Source: Eledone cirrhosa
Taxonomy: Eukaryota
Assembly (NCBI GenBank): GCA_964016885.1
Contig: OZ024763.1
Location: 9,858,001 to 9,922,000, forward strand
Direction: 5' to 3'
DNA: 64,000 bases
Part shown: in pieces, positions 40,063-54,919 of the stretch
Position numbering within the stretch: the first letter of the stretch is position 1
Layout of the letters: every line of letters begins with the position of its first letter
Program-made: the position numbers and the translations under genes
Notes under the pieces: generated by a model
Seen by the model: the letters and a program-made list of their open reading frames with translations, nothing else
Database searches by the model: none
Told to the model about the DNA's origin: nothing

Positions 40063-41460
40063 CCATGTGTCTCTACCACCACTCCCTCTCCCAACTACAC
40101 AAATACCTCTACAGGACACTCAACACCATGTGTCTGTATCACCACTCCCTCTCCCAACTACACAAATACCTCTACAGGACACTCTACACTGTGTGTCTGT
40201 ACCACCACTCCCTCTCCCAACTACACAAATACCTCTACAGGACACTCAACACCATGTGTCTGTATCACCACTCCCTCTCCCAACTACACAGATAGCTCTA
40301 CAGGACACTCTACACCATGTGTCTGTATCACCACTCCCTCTCCCAACTACACAGATAGCTCTACAGGACACTCTACACCATGTGTCTGTATCACCACTCC
40401 CTCTCCCAACTACACAGATAGCTCTACAGGACACAGGACACTCTACACCATGTGTCTCTATCACCACTCCCTGTCCCAACTACACAGATAGCTCTACAGG
40501 ACACTCTACACCATGTGTCTCTATCACCACTCCCTGTCTCAACTACACAGATAGCTCTACAGGACACTCTACACCACTCCCTCTCCCAACTACACAGATA
40601 GCTCTACAGGACACTCTACACCATGTGTCTGTATCACCACTCCCTCTCCCAACTACACAGATAGCTCTACAGGACACAGGACACTCTACACCATGTGTCT
40701 CTATCACCACTCCCTGTCTCAACTACACAGATAGCTCTACAGGACACTCTACACCATGTGTCTGTATCACCACTCCCTGTCTCAACTACACAGATAGCTC
40801 TACAGGACACTCTACACCATGTGTCTCTATCACCACTCCCTCTCCCAACTACACAGATAGCTCTACAGGACACTCTACACCATGTGTCTCTATCACCACT
40901 CCCTGTCTCAACTACACAGATAGCTCTACAGGACACTCTACACCATGTGTCTGTATCACCACTCCCTGTCCCAACTACACAGATAACTCTACAGGACACT
41001 CTACACCATGTGTCTGTATCACCACTCCCTGTCCCAACTACACAGATAGCTCTACAGGACACTCTACACCATGTGTCTCTATCACCACTCCCTGTCTCAA
41101 CTACACAGATAGCTCTACAGGACACTCTACACCATGTGTCTCTATCACCACTCCCTGTCTCAACTACACAGATAGCTCTACAGGACACTCTACACCATGT
41201 GTCTGTATCACCACTCCCTGTCCCAACTACACAGATAGCTCTACAGGACACTCTACACCATGTGTCTCTATCACCACTCCCTGTCCCAACTACACAGATA
41301 CCTCTACAGGACACTCTACACCATGTGTCTCTATCACCACTCCCTGTCCCAACTACACAGATACCTCTACAGGACACTCTACACCATGTGTCTCTATCAC
41401 CACTCCCTCTCCCAACTACACAGATACCTCTACAGGACACTCTACACCATGTGTCTGTAT
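40062..41460. repeat. 63-bp minisatellite, about 22 copies
   Basis: 21-aa period in ORF track. Confidence 0.95.
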
Positions 41461-41636
41461 CAGGGAAGGAGGTAGAAAGGGAGTATCACTTGCTCACAAA
41501 TCAGACTACATTAAAATATTAATAGCATTTTTTTTCCCTCGTATTAATTTCAGTTATTCGACTGCGGCCATGCTGGGGCACCGCCTCTATTTGTTGATCA
41601 TAGTGACCTCAGTATTTTTATTATATTTCACAGACA

Positions 41637-42230
41637 CACATCATCACCATCACCATCATCACATTTTATCGTCCATTTTTCTATGCTAGCATGGGTTAGA
41701 TGGATTGTCCCATTGTGAGACCAGTCAGATCAGGTGACTGTCTCACTCATACACAACTGTTTCTGCTTGGTTTCAACGGCTGGATGTCCTTCCTAACAGC
41801 AACCACATTTACTGTATAGACTGGGTGCTTTTTATCATGTCACCAACACAACCACTTCACAGTGTGGACTGGGCATTGTATGTATAAATGTATGTATATA
41901 TGTATATGCAAGTATATATATATGTCATCATCACCATCATCATTGTTTTAACATCCACTTTCCCTGATAGCAAAGACTGGATGGGTCTATATAGACCATG
42001 TCAGTACTGAAGTGGTAGCTACTGATGTCCCACTCAAGATAGGAATATGTCATGTTACTTATGTACGGTATTACATTCTACCAAGTGCACAGGGGAGGTT
42101 TTTATATCTTTGACACATCTGAGGGTCCTCCCAACCCTTTGTCTGGTAAGCTTTAAACAGCTGGATGTCCTTCCTATCACCAACCATTTTACAGAGTGTT
42201 ACAGGGTGCATTTAGCATGTAGATCACCAA
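41637..42230 (-). mobile_element. Two decayed RTE-type 3' tails
   Basis: (CAT)n, ATGCTAGCATGGGTTAGA and GCTGGATGTCCTTCCTA motifs. Confidence 0.65.
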
Positions 42231-42399
42231 ACACTAGGGAGGCTGTCACACCATGATGCAACTGAAGATTGGACAGCTCTAAACTGAAGGTTTGGTAAGC
42301 TTTTTTATGAGTATGAGGAGGGGGGTGGTAGCCTTCACCTACCAAGTCAACACTGTAAGGTGTACCAGTAGGAGTGGACATGAGAGAAATGGCATCCAA

Positions 42400-45300
42400 G
42401 ACACACTACACAGTAAAATTATATATTTTTCTGCCAATCTGTCGGTTACGACGACGAGTGTTCCAGTAGATCCAATAGCTCTGTATGCAAATGGAGCTAA
42501 TGAACCCATGACCATAGGTGTCAAAACTATATGTTTTCATCTATATTGAGTTCCAGCAGAGAGTTGGATAAGAGAGCAGTGACTTGATAATGTCCAGAGT
42601 CAGAAACGATGACATCTTCGTCGTCAGTTACCTACCCTTGCTTCTGTTGGAATCCACTAGATGGCACTTCATCATCAATTTCCAAACATGCTCTGGTCTT
42701 CCACCTGATGTATGCCCAAAGCTACATACTGCAGCTTCTTTAAACCGCAACTCAGCAGAACATGAAAACTTCAGTCTACGTGATGATGGGCAGATATGGA
42801 AGTTTATTAAGTCTGGTGAAACATGGAAAAGAGATACCAGCTGGTCTGAAAACACTGTACCCACAACAACTGGCAATAAAAAAAATTGAAAAAACTCTGG
42901 GAAACTAAATCAGAACCTGCCATCCCCTACACATCATCATAGATTGGAATCAAGGTACAAATTGTTGTCCTTGAATGCACGTAGTCTATGCAATAAGATA
43001 CATCTTTTTGGTCTCCTACGTCAAAAGTATTAACCCTGATTTCATTACAGTCACGGAAACATCGGCACATTCCTTACTCTGTGATGGGGATTTCAGCATA
43101 ACTGGTTACAACTTGTTTCGTAAAGACCGCATTAATCATTGTGGTGGTGGTGTAATGGTCTACGTTCGGTCAAATTTTTCAGCAATTCCTTGTGTTGATT
43201 TGAACCAATCGCAGCAAGAAGTATTTTTCTGTGATATACGTATGACCATGTCAACACTGCTACTTGGAGCTGTTTACCATCCCCCAAATTACCATCATGA
43301 CACTCAACTTTGTGATATCCTCAGAGCTGCTGCCAGGCAAACAGCCACTTATGTTTTTATTGCAGGGGACTTCAATCACCCTGAGATTGACTGGGAAACC
43401 TTTCATTGGCCGCAAAGTGCAAATGATTTCCTTGAGCTAGTGCTGGACTTGAATTGGTCCCAAGTAGTCACCTCCCGAACAAGAGGTGACAACACTTTGG
43501 ATCTACTCTTCACCACTACTTCTGAAATGGTTATTAGTGTTAGTACTGAGGAACCTTTAGGTAACTCTGATCATGCTATGATCATTGCCAATCTGTCCCT
43601 CATGAGTAGTAACAAAAACCACAACCATCTCCAAACTGCTCACTTTGACTGGAATAAAACAGACTGGAACTGTTACTGCACCAAGTTACAACGTCCAAAC
43701 TGGCTTAAGTTCTACGACTCTGGAGATGTCAACACTGTACTCCAGAACATCCTGAACTCAATATGGACAGCATATGCAGCTTCGGTGTAACGTAAGCAGA
43801 AAAAACATCCCAAAAGTGAAATTTGGGGGACTGCAGCAGTCTGTCTTGCCAGAAAAGAACGTCGCAATGCTGAACGTGAGTACAAACTGCATTAATCAGA
43901 TATCAATAGGAAAAAGCGAAATAAATCATCCAACCATCTCAAACAGGTGACAAAAAAGACAGTGCTTGAATTTGAACAGTGCATAGCAACCAACCCTGAC
44001 AGTAAGGTGTTCTGGAAGTATGTACACTCAAAGCAGAGGCCTAACTCTCCAGTTGGTCCTCTTCACAATCCCCACACAAGCCAGATTACTGACGACCCCA
44101 AGGAATGCACAGAACTCATTGCTGAATGCTATGCAGGCATTTTCACTGTTGAAGACCAAAATGTACCATCTCCACCACCTCTGACATCAAATTCTATAAT
44201 AACTATGGAATTTACACCTGCAATGCTGCAACGTCACCTTAAAAATAAATGCAACCATGCCTCTCCTGGTCTTGATGGTGTTACGTACCTGCTTCTCAAA
44301 TGTGGTGGGTACATCCTTCTGCACCAGCTATCACTCTTCTTTCAATTCTGTCTGAACAACAGTGCTACTATGGGGCAGTGGAAAACTGCCAGTGTCATTC
44401 CTCTGTTCAAAATGGGTGACCGCACATCACCTGTCAAATATCGTCCAGTCAGTCTTACTAGCTGCATTGCTAAACTGATGGAATCCTGTGTCAAAGAAAC
44501 ACTTAGGAACTTCTGGAACTCTCACAGTCTTATCTGGCCCTCGCAATTTGGATTTATCCCTAACTCCAGCTGCTGTGATCAACTTATTGAGTTTCTTGAA
44601 GACATCACCCGGATCAGTGATGGCAGCTCGTGGGTGGATGTATGCTTACCTTGACTTTGCTAAAGCTTTCAATTCTATCCCACACAAAAGACACATGGCA
44701 AAACTCTCTGCAATGGGTGTGAAAGATGATCTTTTTAACTGGTTGAAGTCCTTCATTCTCAGTCGAAGAGAGGTAGTCACGGTTCTAGGACAGCATTCCT
44801 CACCATATGAGATGTCATCTGGTGTAACACAGGGATCTGTTATTGGTCCCCTTTTGTTTGTGGCATATATTAATGACATAGATGCCAACTTAAAGAATGT
44901 CACAGTACTGAAATATGCAGATAACATCAAGCTGTACCTTGAGATAAAAAGGACAGATCCTGAACACTATAGATCTTTCCTGCAATCAGACCTGGACACA
45001 ATGCAACAATGGATCACAGACTGGCAACTTAAGTTGGCTGCGGACAAGTGTACCACCATGCATTTTGGGAGTAAAAATCCAGCGTCCACATACTCCCTCC
45101 ACAATACTAATATCAAGAAGACTTCTTGTGGATGTGACCTGGGCATTACGGTCAGCAGCGATTTGTGCTGGACGAAGCACGTCTCTAAAATTGTCAAGAA
45201 AGCCAAAGGTGTTTTAGCATCACTCAGCAAGACCTTTGTCAGCTGCTCTCCACCTATCTATTTAAAGCTGTATATAGCTATGGTGCGGCCACACTTAGAA

Positions 45301-45930
45301 TTTGCGTCACCAGTCTGGAACCCCTATCTTGCTCAGAACATTGACCGAATGGAAACTGTTCAGAGACGTGCAACCAAGCGAATACCCTCCATCAGGCATC
45401 TACCATACTCTGAACGCCTTGCTTCCCTGGGCATGGATACATTGAAGCTCCGACGTCTGGCAACTGACTTGGTAAACATCCACAAAATTATTAACCATCT
45501 TGCCAACAACAACCCTGAGCACCTTTTTGATTTTCATGTGTCTAACACACATGGGCATGACTACAAAGTCAGAAAACATCTCAGCTCCCATGACTTTCAG
45601 AAACATTTTTTGCACGCTCAGAGTTGCTGAAGCATGGAACAAACTACCTGCATCAGTTATTAGCTGTCGAGAGATTGCATCCTTTAAAACCTCCATGGAA
45701 CAAGCTACTTGCATCAGTTGTTAGCTGTCGACACACTGCATCCTTTAAGACTTCCATGGAACAAACTACCTGTATTAGTTGTTAGCTGTCGAGACGCTGC
45801 ATCCTTTAAAACCTCCATGCTTCCTGAGATTCGCCAACACTGCACCTGATGTCCCCCCTCCATACACATGCACACGTGTATTTCATGACTCGTACACTGT
45901 TCATTTTCCTGACATTTGAACATTATTCTA
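42400..45930 (+). mobile_element. Decayed CR1-clade LINE (APE plus RT, frameshifted); triplicated ~60-bp block near the 3' end; 5' limit approximate
   Basis: AGDFNHP, LDLLFT, SDH, YRPVSLTS, YLDFAKAF, GVTQGSVIGP, YADN, VRPHLEFASPVWNP. Confidence 0.9.
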
Positions 45931-47369
45931 TGTACTAAAGGCGGTGGGCAATATCAGTAGAGCAATATTGGCATCAGTAGAGTTGACCTGTAGAGGGGGG
46001 GGGGGCAGTGGGAGGGAGAGGGGGAACGATAGGGAGCAGTGAGAGAGAAGAGAGAGAAAGGAGGAAGGAAAGAAAGAAAGCACAAGAGACAGAGGAAGTG
46101 GGAAGAAAAGACAACTCACCTCAGGCATGATCTGTCCTTTGAGGTAATATTTTACCCAACACTGCTTCGACAGTATTTTGCTGTTCTAACAGCTTCCATA
46201 CGCTGAGTTTTCCCATTTTCCTGAGAATCATAATAATAATATTTTAATCAGACGATGTGTACTTTATAAAAGACTATATATTTTTAACAGTTCAAGCAAG
46301 TGGCAGAGAGATACACAGTCTTGACAAAGAGCAATAACCCAGAAACATGTTGACTGTTTCTCTATGTCACTGCTAGAACAAACGGATGACGGTGGTCATC
46401 GAAAAAACATAGCGTAATGAGGCTGTTTGCCTGCAAAGGAATCAAATATTATGGTGCCAAGGTGTATAGGCCATTGCCTTTCCTTTGGACAACATTGGTG
46501 GCATGGAGATCGAAGGTTGGCATGTGTAGGCAATGGCTGGTCTTCCACAAACAACCTTGCCCAGCTTGTGCCTCGGAGGGGAACTTTCTAGGTGCAAATC
46601 CCATGGTATTGGTGACCAAAGGGGGTCATTACCCTTTACCTTTTATATACTCACAAAGAGAGAGAGAGGTCAAAAACTAGACATTTCTACTGGGGTTGAC
46701 TGATAGAACTTATTTAAAATCTACAATGTTTTCACCTTTAACTCACTTAACTTTTTATCTCAGTTTTTTCTTTTCATCTGTCAATTGAATGTGTGTGTGT
46801 ATTAAAGATGTACTTACCACATGTGTGTGTGTTTAAATATATATGTATATATGTGTGTGTACATACATATAGATATATGTATATCATTCTAGTTTATTCT
46901 AGTTGATAAGCCTAGAGTATATATATATGTATACACACACACACACACACACATATATATACACATGTGTGTAATATTCACACACCTGCTAAATAAATGT
47001 ATATACATACATACATACTGATACAAACACAAATATTTACACCTCAGATAAGATGACCTTGCTGCTGTGACCTGCATCGAAACAAGCAAAGATATGTTAG
47101 ATTAACCCTTTCATTACCATATTGCTAATGATTTTCAAATAATTTTGGAAATAATTAGCAATTTGGAGGTGATTTCGTAATATTAGTTTCTCGTTATTTA
47201 GTTGGTGTTTGGAACATAACATAACAAAGGCACTTAAATAAAATCATGGAACGTTTTTAGATTAATATAAACACTAACACTTTTGTTAAGATACTTCTAA
47301 TGAAAAACACTGCCTATGATTTTCAAATCATATTGAAAACACTCCACAGCTTGGTGAGATTTAGTAATA

Positions 47370-47726
47370 CAGTGTACCCCCGACATTTGTGGTACTGACA
47401 TTCGTGGTACTGACATTCGCGGTCCCGGTTATTCGTGGAATTTTCCTTAGAACCTAACTAACAATTGTTTGTGGAAACCATCTCATATTCGCAGATTCGT
47501 AAATATCTTCCACGATTTTTTTATGGCTTTTACGTGACAATATATATTTTTTCAGGCTTTTTAACACTAAATTATTAATAACAATAAACCATATTTACCA
47601 GCCTATATTTTACATTATGTTTTGACATTTATAGGCATTTCTATGGACCACGTCCAATATTCGCCTTTTTTCTCTCTTCGCAGATGCTCTAGGAACATAA
47701 TCCCCCACGAATACGAGGGACAACTG
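47370..47726. mobile_element. pogo/Tigger-type MITE
   Basis: TA|CAGTGTACCCCCG ... CGAGGGACAACTG|TA. Confidence 0.65.
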
Positions 47727-48884
47727 TAAACCTGATTTTCTTATTATTTAGTTGGTAATTAACATTATTTAACAGAAAATATTTTAAAACATAGGTTTGT
47801 TAATTCAAATGTTTATAACATTTTTACTGCCGAACAGATTGTTCTGAAAATTTACAATATTTGAGTAAAGACTTTAATTTTTAATGTGATAATGTTGATT
47901 TGTACTTTTCAAGAATATCTTGCTTTGTGGTTTCATGAGGAACATGACATAAAGAATTAATCAAGCCAGCCCCATCATAGGGGTGGAGAGAGAGAGAGAA
48001 AGTGTGTGTATGTGTGTTATCAATTCCAGTGTTTCACTTTTGACCTCTTTCTATGTCTTTTCAAAATTGTAGTTTTATCTTTGTCAAATATATATGTATG
48101 TGTATGTACCTATGTATGTGGTTGTATGTCTATGTATGTGTATAATATATATATATATATATTATACACATACATAACGAAGGAGTTGTGGTAAGGAACC
48201 AGATGGAACATAACGCACCAGAGTACTCAATACTTAGAGTAGTAGAGTGGGTAATAGGAAATGGCTGGAGCTCTGCCGTCAGGGTCAAACATTTTCATAT
48301 ATATATATATATATTGATATATAATTCAAATTAATAGATATATGTATACATAGAGAGAAAGGACCATATATCGTATGAGAACACTCAGTAGTTTGTATAC
48401 ATACAAAGCACATATATCAGGAAGAATATGTTGTTTAGATGGAAAAAAATATAATTCCTTATAGCGCTGTTTCATGACTCGAAAGATCACAACTTAAAAT
48501 TGATCTAAGCAATCGATCATCATTCCCCAACTATCAATCTTGGTTAAGTTATGGGAGACACAAATCGATCATCAGAAGAATTCATCAATTATATAAATCA
48601 AAATAAATATAGTTGCAATATAGTGTATAATACAAAATACCTGTCTATATCTAGAAGGAATTCAACAAACCATCTCTATGTGAAATGCAGCATGGTGTAG
48701 TAAGGGTTATATATAATGGCAGAGAGAGAGAAAGAGAGAGAGTATGCAGTGCTGAGACTGAGGAGACCACTAATCGTGTGAGTACTCAATAAATGGGGAG
48801 ATGTAGAGTGGGTTTAGAGATAGGTAAAATCCTGACAACAATTTTGGCACTGCAGTCTCTCTCTCCATATACATATATAAATAT

Positions 48885-51580
48885 ATCTATCTATCTATCT
48901 AGGGCGGGTAAAATCCCCGAGATACATGGACGAGTTCTCTCCAGCGGTCTCTGTCCCTCATTATCGCTGCCATGTCCTGCGTCTCCAACAGACCAGTGTC
49001 TGTCCTTAGGACATCAACATACGTTAACCTTGGTCTTCCTCTTCCAGTGTGTCCATGTAGGGGCTCCCACAGGAGCACTGAGTGCAGTGTCAACTCTGGA
49101 TGTCGGTGAGCATGTCCAGCTAACCTCACTCTCCTCTGTGTCACTTTTGAGCTGACTTTTGGGAGGTTCCCATACAGCTCTTAGTTTTTCATCCTCAGTG
49201 TGTACTGATTAATGTTCAGAGCCATCCTCAGCATTCTTGTGTAGCACCCATCCACCATCTGAGTGAGTTTCTTGGTTAGTGTCCAAGTCTCAGACCCGTA
49301 CAGCAGCACAGACTCCACTACAGCAATGAAGAGGCAGATCTTCAAGTCTTCACGAAAGTCCGACTTCCACACCGATCTCAAACTGTGGCACGCCACCCAG
49401 GCTTTGCTCTTCCTCTCAACCAGATCATCTTCCGTATTCCCAATCTTTGCTCCCAAATACAGGAAGCCCTCAACTAATTCCAGCGGCTTCCCGCCTACAT
49501 TAGTAATCTTCTCTGGCTTCTCAACATTCTCTACCAAACATTTTGTCTTAGTCTCATTCATTCTCATCCCCACACTCATCGACACAGTCTCAACTTCCTG
49601 CATCAAATCCTCTGCCTCCTTCACTGTATCTGTCACCAAAACTATGTCGTCGGCAAATTCAATATCTTTTTCGCCTTAACTCTCTTGCTCTGAGCCGGTG
49701 TTACAGTAAAGCCAGAGTCCTGGTGTTTCTCCAGTGCAAGGCGCATACAATAGTCCACTACGATGATAAAAAGGTAGGGAGTCAATGTATCTCCCTGGAG
49801 CACTCCAGCCAGTATCTCAAAGAACTGTCATCCCATCAGGTGTAATGACTTGGGCTTTGGTGTTGGTGTAGAGCAGTGATATTAGGTCCACTATCTTCTT
49901 GAGGATTCCATAAGCCTGTAAGATCTTCATCAGGCAGTGACGGTTCACAGAATCAAAGGCCTTCCTAAAGTCAATGAAAACTATGACCGCAGGAAGGCAC
50001 TTTGCTCTAGCTCCCTCTAATATCCTCCTCAGCATCAGGATGTGACTAGTGGTTGCTCTTCCCTCTCTGAAGCCGTTCTGGTTGTCCCTGAGCTTCTTCT
50101 TCTCCATCTCAGGCTGCATCCTGTTAAGAATCATCCTGTTGAGGGTCTTTGCCACAAGTGACGTCAGTGAGAGGCCCCTGTTGTTGTTGTTGGTGTTAGA
50201 GAGATCTCCCTTCTTTGGCACTGGGACAATGTTACTGATCCTCCACTGATTCGGGGAAACTCCCTTCTCCAGTGCCTGGTTACAGAACCCCAGGATGATA
50301 TCATCAAAATCACACCTCTTCATCACCTTTGATGCCACTCCATCTTCTCCATGAGCCTTGCCCTCCTTGATCTTCTTCTTGGCTCTCTGAAGCTCCTCTC
50401 TGGTGAAGGGTTCTGTCTCAATATCCAGTTCTTCAAACAGCCGCCTGATCTCCCCAGTGTTCTGGGCTGTGGAGGGCAGCTCTCCTAGTAGGGTCCTAAA
50501 ATGGTCTAGCCATTTCCCCTTCCTATCCTCGGGCCCTGTTCCCTGGATCTGACTCAAACACCTCTTCCTCCCTGTGATCTCATTGATGATCATCCAGCTC
50601 TCCTTACCTCCAGACCTGCCAACTGCTCTCTCCACACTTCTGATCTTCTCTATCAGTGCCTATTCTCTAGCCTTAGTGTAAGCAGTACAGAGTTCTTTCC
50701 TCATCACTTCCACATTCTCCGTCCTCTCCTCCGTAGGATCAACATAGAATTGGTCATTGGCAGCTTTCAGGTGTTCTCTGGCTGCACACACTTTTGGGTT
50801 TGCAGAGCTGACGTGCTTCTTTTGTTCTTTCTCCTTGGCACCAGGGTCTCACTTGCTTCCGCCACTGCATTGGTGAAGTACCCATACCTCCTCGTCACAC
50901 TCTCCTCAGTCCCTCCAATCTCTCTCTCCTCTGTCTCTCCATACAGAGCACTGAACCTGTTCCTCACTTCCACTGTAGCTTATCATCTTCCTTGAAAGTT
51001 CCCCAGTCATAGATTGCTCTCCAAGGCCAAGCCTTGCTCTTTCTTAAGCTCACCCGACCTCACTCATAACAAGCCGGTGGCCACTGCCCAGTGTACTAAA
51101 ATAATTGTATGGTTCTGTGTTCAGAACACTATTCCGCCACTTTTTCCTCACCAGAATGAAATCAATCTGGGACTTGGACAGGTGCATATCTGAGATGTAG
51201 GTCCACATCTTCCCTGGATTCTTCCTAAACCTTAGGTTAGTCGCTATCAAGTTCGCCTCCAGCAGGGTGTCTCTCAGTAGTCTTCCATTTTGGTTAGTGT
51301 TGTTATGGAATACCAGCAAGGATCTTCACTGCCCTCCTTACTCAGATGTGCATTGAAGTCCCCCAGAACAAGCAGGATGTTGTGTGCTTGTGTGGTGTTG
51401 ACAGCTCTACACACCTCCTCATTGAACTCTTCTGCACTCACATCACTGTCTCCTTTGGTTGGGCTATAGGCTGAGATGACTGTCAGTCTTGGGTTTCCAT
51501 TGAAGGTCACCCTCAACACTCGCGGAGAGACAGGCATTATTTCCCTCACCAATAGACTGGTTTTTGTGCTGAGAGAAGAT
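48885..51580 (-). mobile_element. Decayed RTE-like LINE (APE plus RT) with (GATA)n tail
   Basis: VISAYSPT, LGDFNAH, QIDFILV, QNGFR, FIDFRKAFDSV, FADD, LLYGSETW, RGRP; frameshifts. Confidence 0.9.
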
Positions 51581-51669
51581 TACGTTGGTATGGTCACGTG
51601 ATGCGCATGAAAGACAGCTGTATAAAAAAATGCTGTATAAAATAAAGCATGGCTTAGATGCTGTTGACT

Positions 51670-52080
51670 TCCCCTCCCAACTCGAGCCGTGGGGCTGGCA
51701 AAAGGCCAGACAGCCTGACCATCTTCCCCTTCCATAGTGGTAAACCTCTCATCTGAGATGCCGCATACACCAATACATTCTCCAGTGGCAACCTGGTACA
51801 GTCTGTGACTAACCCAGGTTCTGCTGCACTTCGGGCTGAGGAGGGTAAATTCTCCAAATATTGGTGGCTCTCTGACAGGTTTGCAGTTGAGCCTGTGGCA
51901 GTGGAGACTTTTGGTGTCCTTAGCCATAGAGTCACCTCCTTACTTACCTCCATAGGTACAGAGCTTGCTAGCTGCAGGTGTGAGCCTCGCTGCAAAGGCT
52001 CTTCCAGCGCATCTCCCTCACCCTCTTCCAAGGAAACACCTTCTCTATTCTGTCCGCTGTGATTGCGGGGCAGCCAGCGC
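51670..52080 (+). mobile_element. CRE-like non-LTR fragment (restriction-like endonuclease domain)
   Basis: GKRPDSLTIFPF..GKPLI*D, AEEGK..KY, PVAVETFG, FQRISL..FQGN. Confidence 0.7.
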
Positions 52081-52374
52081 ATGGAACCCCTTTAGCTCTT
52101 AATAGTAAGAGATGAGGAGAGTGGGAGAGATGGAGGCGGTGACAGTTGGAGTTTGTTTCCCCTGTGTTCAGATCTGGTGTACATGTATGTGTGACTGATT
52201 ATTTGTGTAAAGTATTCATTGGATTTGAGCAGGAAATGCTTTGTTTCTGTTGGATAATACTTCTTTTGTAATTCTATGTTATTTCCTACTGCTTAACATA
52301 TATATGGGGTATGGGGGTATGAGGGTATGTATTCACATGTGAAAGTGTGTCTGTCCTGAACATATCATCTGTTG

Positions 52375-52850
52375 AAATAAGGTCTACATCTTACATCTGG
52401 CCAGCTGGAGGTACTACCTGTGGAATTGGGACCTACATTGCACATCTGGCCTGAGAATATTACCTGTGGAATTGGGATCTACATTTTACATCTGGCCAGC
52501 TGGAGGTACTACCTGTGGAATTGGGACCTACATCTTACATCTGGCCTGAGAATACTACTTGTGGAATTGGGACCTACATCTTACATCTGGCCTGAGAATA
52601 CTACCTGTGGAATTGGGAGCTACATTGCACATCTGGCCAGCTGGAGATACTATCTGTGGAATTGGGACCTACATCTTACATCTGACCTGAGAATACTACC
52701 TGTGGAATTGGGACCTACATTGCACATCTGGCCTGAGAATACTACCTGTGGAATTGGGACCTACATTGCACATCTGGTCATCTGTTTGAAATGGACCTAT
52801 GTTTCACATCAGTTCTGTTGAAATAGGGCCTACATTTTACATCTGGCCAA
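52375..52850. repeat. 46-50-bp minisatellite
   Basis: GGACCTACAT..ACATCTGGCC..TACTACCTGTGGAATTG units. Confidence 0.9.
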
Positions 52851-53214
52851 TTTTGCAAGGACCAAACTGAAAAGGGTTGAATGGAATTAAAAAGACTAAC
52901 TTTGCAATGGAATTATAATAGAATAATACTAACTTTGCCTTTAATCCTCCTGGGGTTCATAACAAAGTACCAGTTATACACTGAGATAGATTTAATATTG
53001 TTACAAAACATCTTGAATATGAATGGAATTAGAATGGATAACTTTGCCTTTCATCTTTTCAGGGGGTTTATATAATAAAATACCAGTGATATTCTGGAGT
53101 AAATGTGTTCCTATATGGATCCTAGATGTGAATGGAATTATAAGAAAAGGCTAATACTAACTTTGCCTTTCCTGCTTCTGTGGTTGATGAAATAAGCTCT
53201 TATTTGATGTGCCC

Positions 53215-53407
53215 TGGGGTGGTAGATTGGTAGTATTGGTAGAGGGTCAGACACCATGCTTTGCAGCATAGAGTTACGGCCTTTTACAATCTGAGTTCAA
53301 ATCCCGCCGAAGTTAACTTTGCCTTTCATCCTTATGGGTCAATAAAATAAAGTACCAGTAATGTACTGGGATAATTTCTGGCCTTGTGCCTAAAGTAGAA
53401 ACAATTA
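53215..53407 (+). mobile_element. tRNA-derived SINE
   Basis: same family as 1536-1712. Confidence 0.85.
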
Positions 53408-54273
53408 GCTAATGTGCCCTGTCTTTTATTCAGACATCGTGTGTCTAGGACTACATTAGCTACATTAGGACTACATTAGCTACACTAGGACTACATTAAC
53501 TACATGTGCCCTGTCTTTTATTCAGACATTGTGTATTTAGGACTGTGTTATCTAATGCTACTTGTCTTATCATTCAGACACTGTGATCATGGACTACATC
53601 ATCAAATGTGTTCGTCCTTTTTAAGACAGCAGTGGATTATTTTTTAGGTGAATGCGGCAGCTATTTCTAGCAGTTTGGGCAACCCCACAGCGGTAGCCTC
53701 ATTGCAGTAGGTAGGCAGCAATGTATGTGTGTGTGTGTCAATGTATATGTATGTGTCAATGTATGTGTATGTATATGTGTACGTATGTGTATATAGGTGT
53801 ATAGGTAACAATGCATGTGTATATACATTTTTGTGGTGTGGTGTGTGTGTGTGTGTGTGTGTGAATGTCTCTATATGTGTGAGAGGAATAAAGTGACGAA
53901 CAAATATACTTGCATGTGTCTGAACGTTTGTGTGTGCGTACGTCGGTCCGTATATGTGTGTCTGCGTTTGCAAGTGTGATAATGTATCTATCGATATATC
54001 AATGTGTTGCTGTCATGGTGTGTACGTATGTATGTATGCATATATATATATATACGCACACACATGTATATGTATATGTGTGTGTGTATATCTATATATA
54101 TATACGTGCACGTATAACGTGTATGTGGGTATGTCATGAAAGATATCTATCTACATGTCACTGTGTTGATACCGTAAATGGAGTGGCTAGAGGAGGTGTT
54201 GTGTAGTTATAGTTTTAATCAGTGTTGGCGGGACATATAACAAACAATATACATACATATAACTAAATAGACG

Positions 54274-54453
54274 ATGCTGCAGCCGACGCTACGAGAGATA
54301 CTCCGTGCCCACGAGAGGATTCTACCTTACATACGACGTACCCCGATACTAAGTAGCCGGACAGTGGACAAACTTACTGGACTTAGTGTCCACTTCAAGA
54401 CAGAGAACTTTCAGAAAACTGGCTCCTTCAAGGCCAGAGGAGCGTTGAATGGG
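54274..54453 (+). CDS. SRR: Serine racemase / Ser-Thr dehydratase family exon 1 (PLP lysine in ENFQKTGSFKARGALN)
   Basis: ATG start, fold-type II PLP motif, gtatgt donor. Confidence 0.92.
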
Positions 54454-54919
54454 GTATGTAGGAAAAAGAGAGAGGCTAGCTTTTGTTGGAGTTTTGTAAT
54501 GTTTGTTTCATTGTATATTAGAAACGTGGACGCAACATGGCAAGTGCCATTGGTTTCATCCATGCCTTCTGAATGGAATTTGGTAGACGGGAACTCTTTG
54601 GAAGCCCGTCGGATGGACTATACCTGCTGTTACACTGTGTCGTGCTGAATCTCTATAAGGATTAGATTAAGGGTATGCGAGACTGTGAAATGTTCAACCA
54701 CTATACAATATAGATCGCACCTTTTATCTTTAATTCAAAAGACCAGCCTTGTCACTCAACTGAGTTATTCCGAAACTCCCTAAGAACTGTGTTATGAATT
54801 TATGATTTTTTTAAAAAATATTAATTTTAAGGTTTTCATATCTTTCACCATGTTTTTGTTTTGTTTGGTTTTGTTTTTTGTACGAACCTTTGTTAAGTTA
54901 TGTTCCAAACATCTTCATA

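Noticed and set aside
40037-41689. 550-aa mucin-like ORF
   Set aside because: 63-bp minisatellite open in several frames; no signal peptide or splice support
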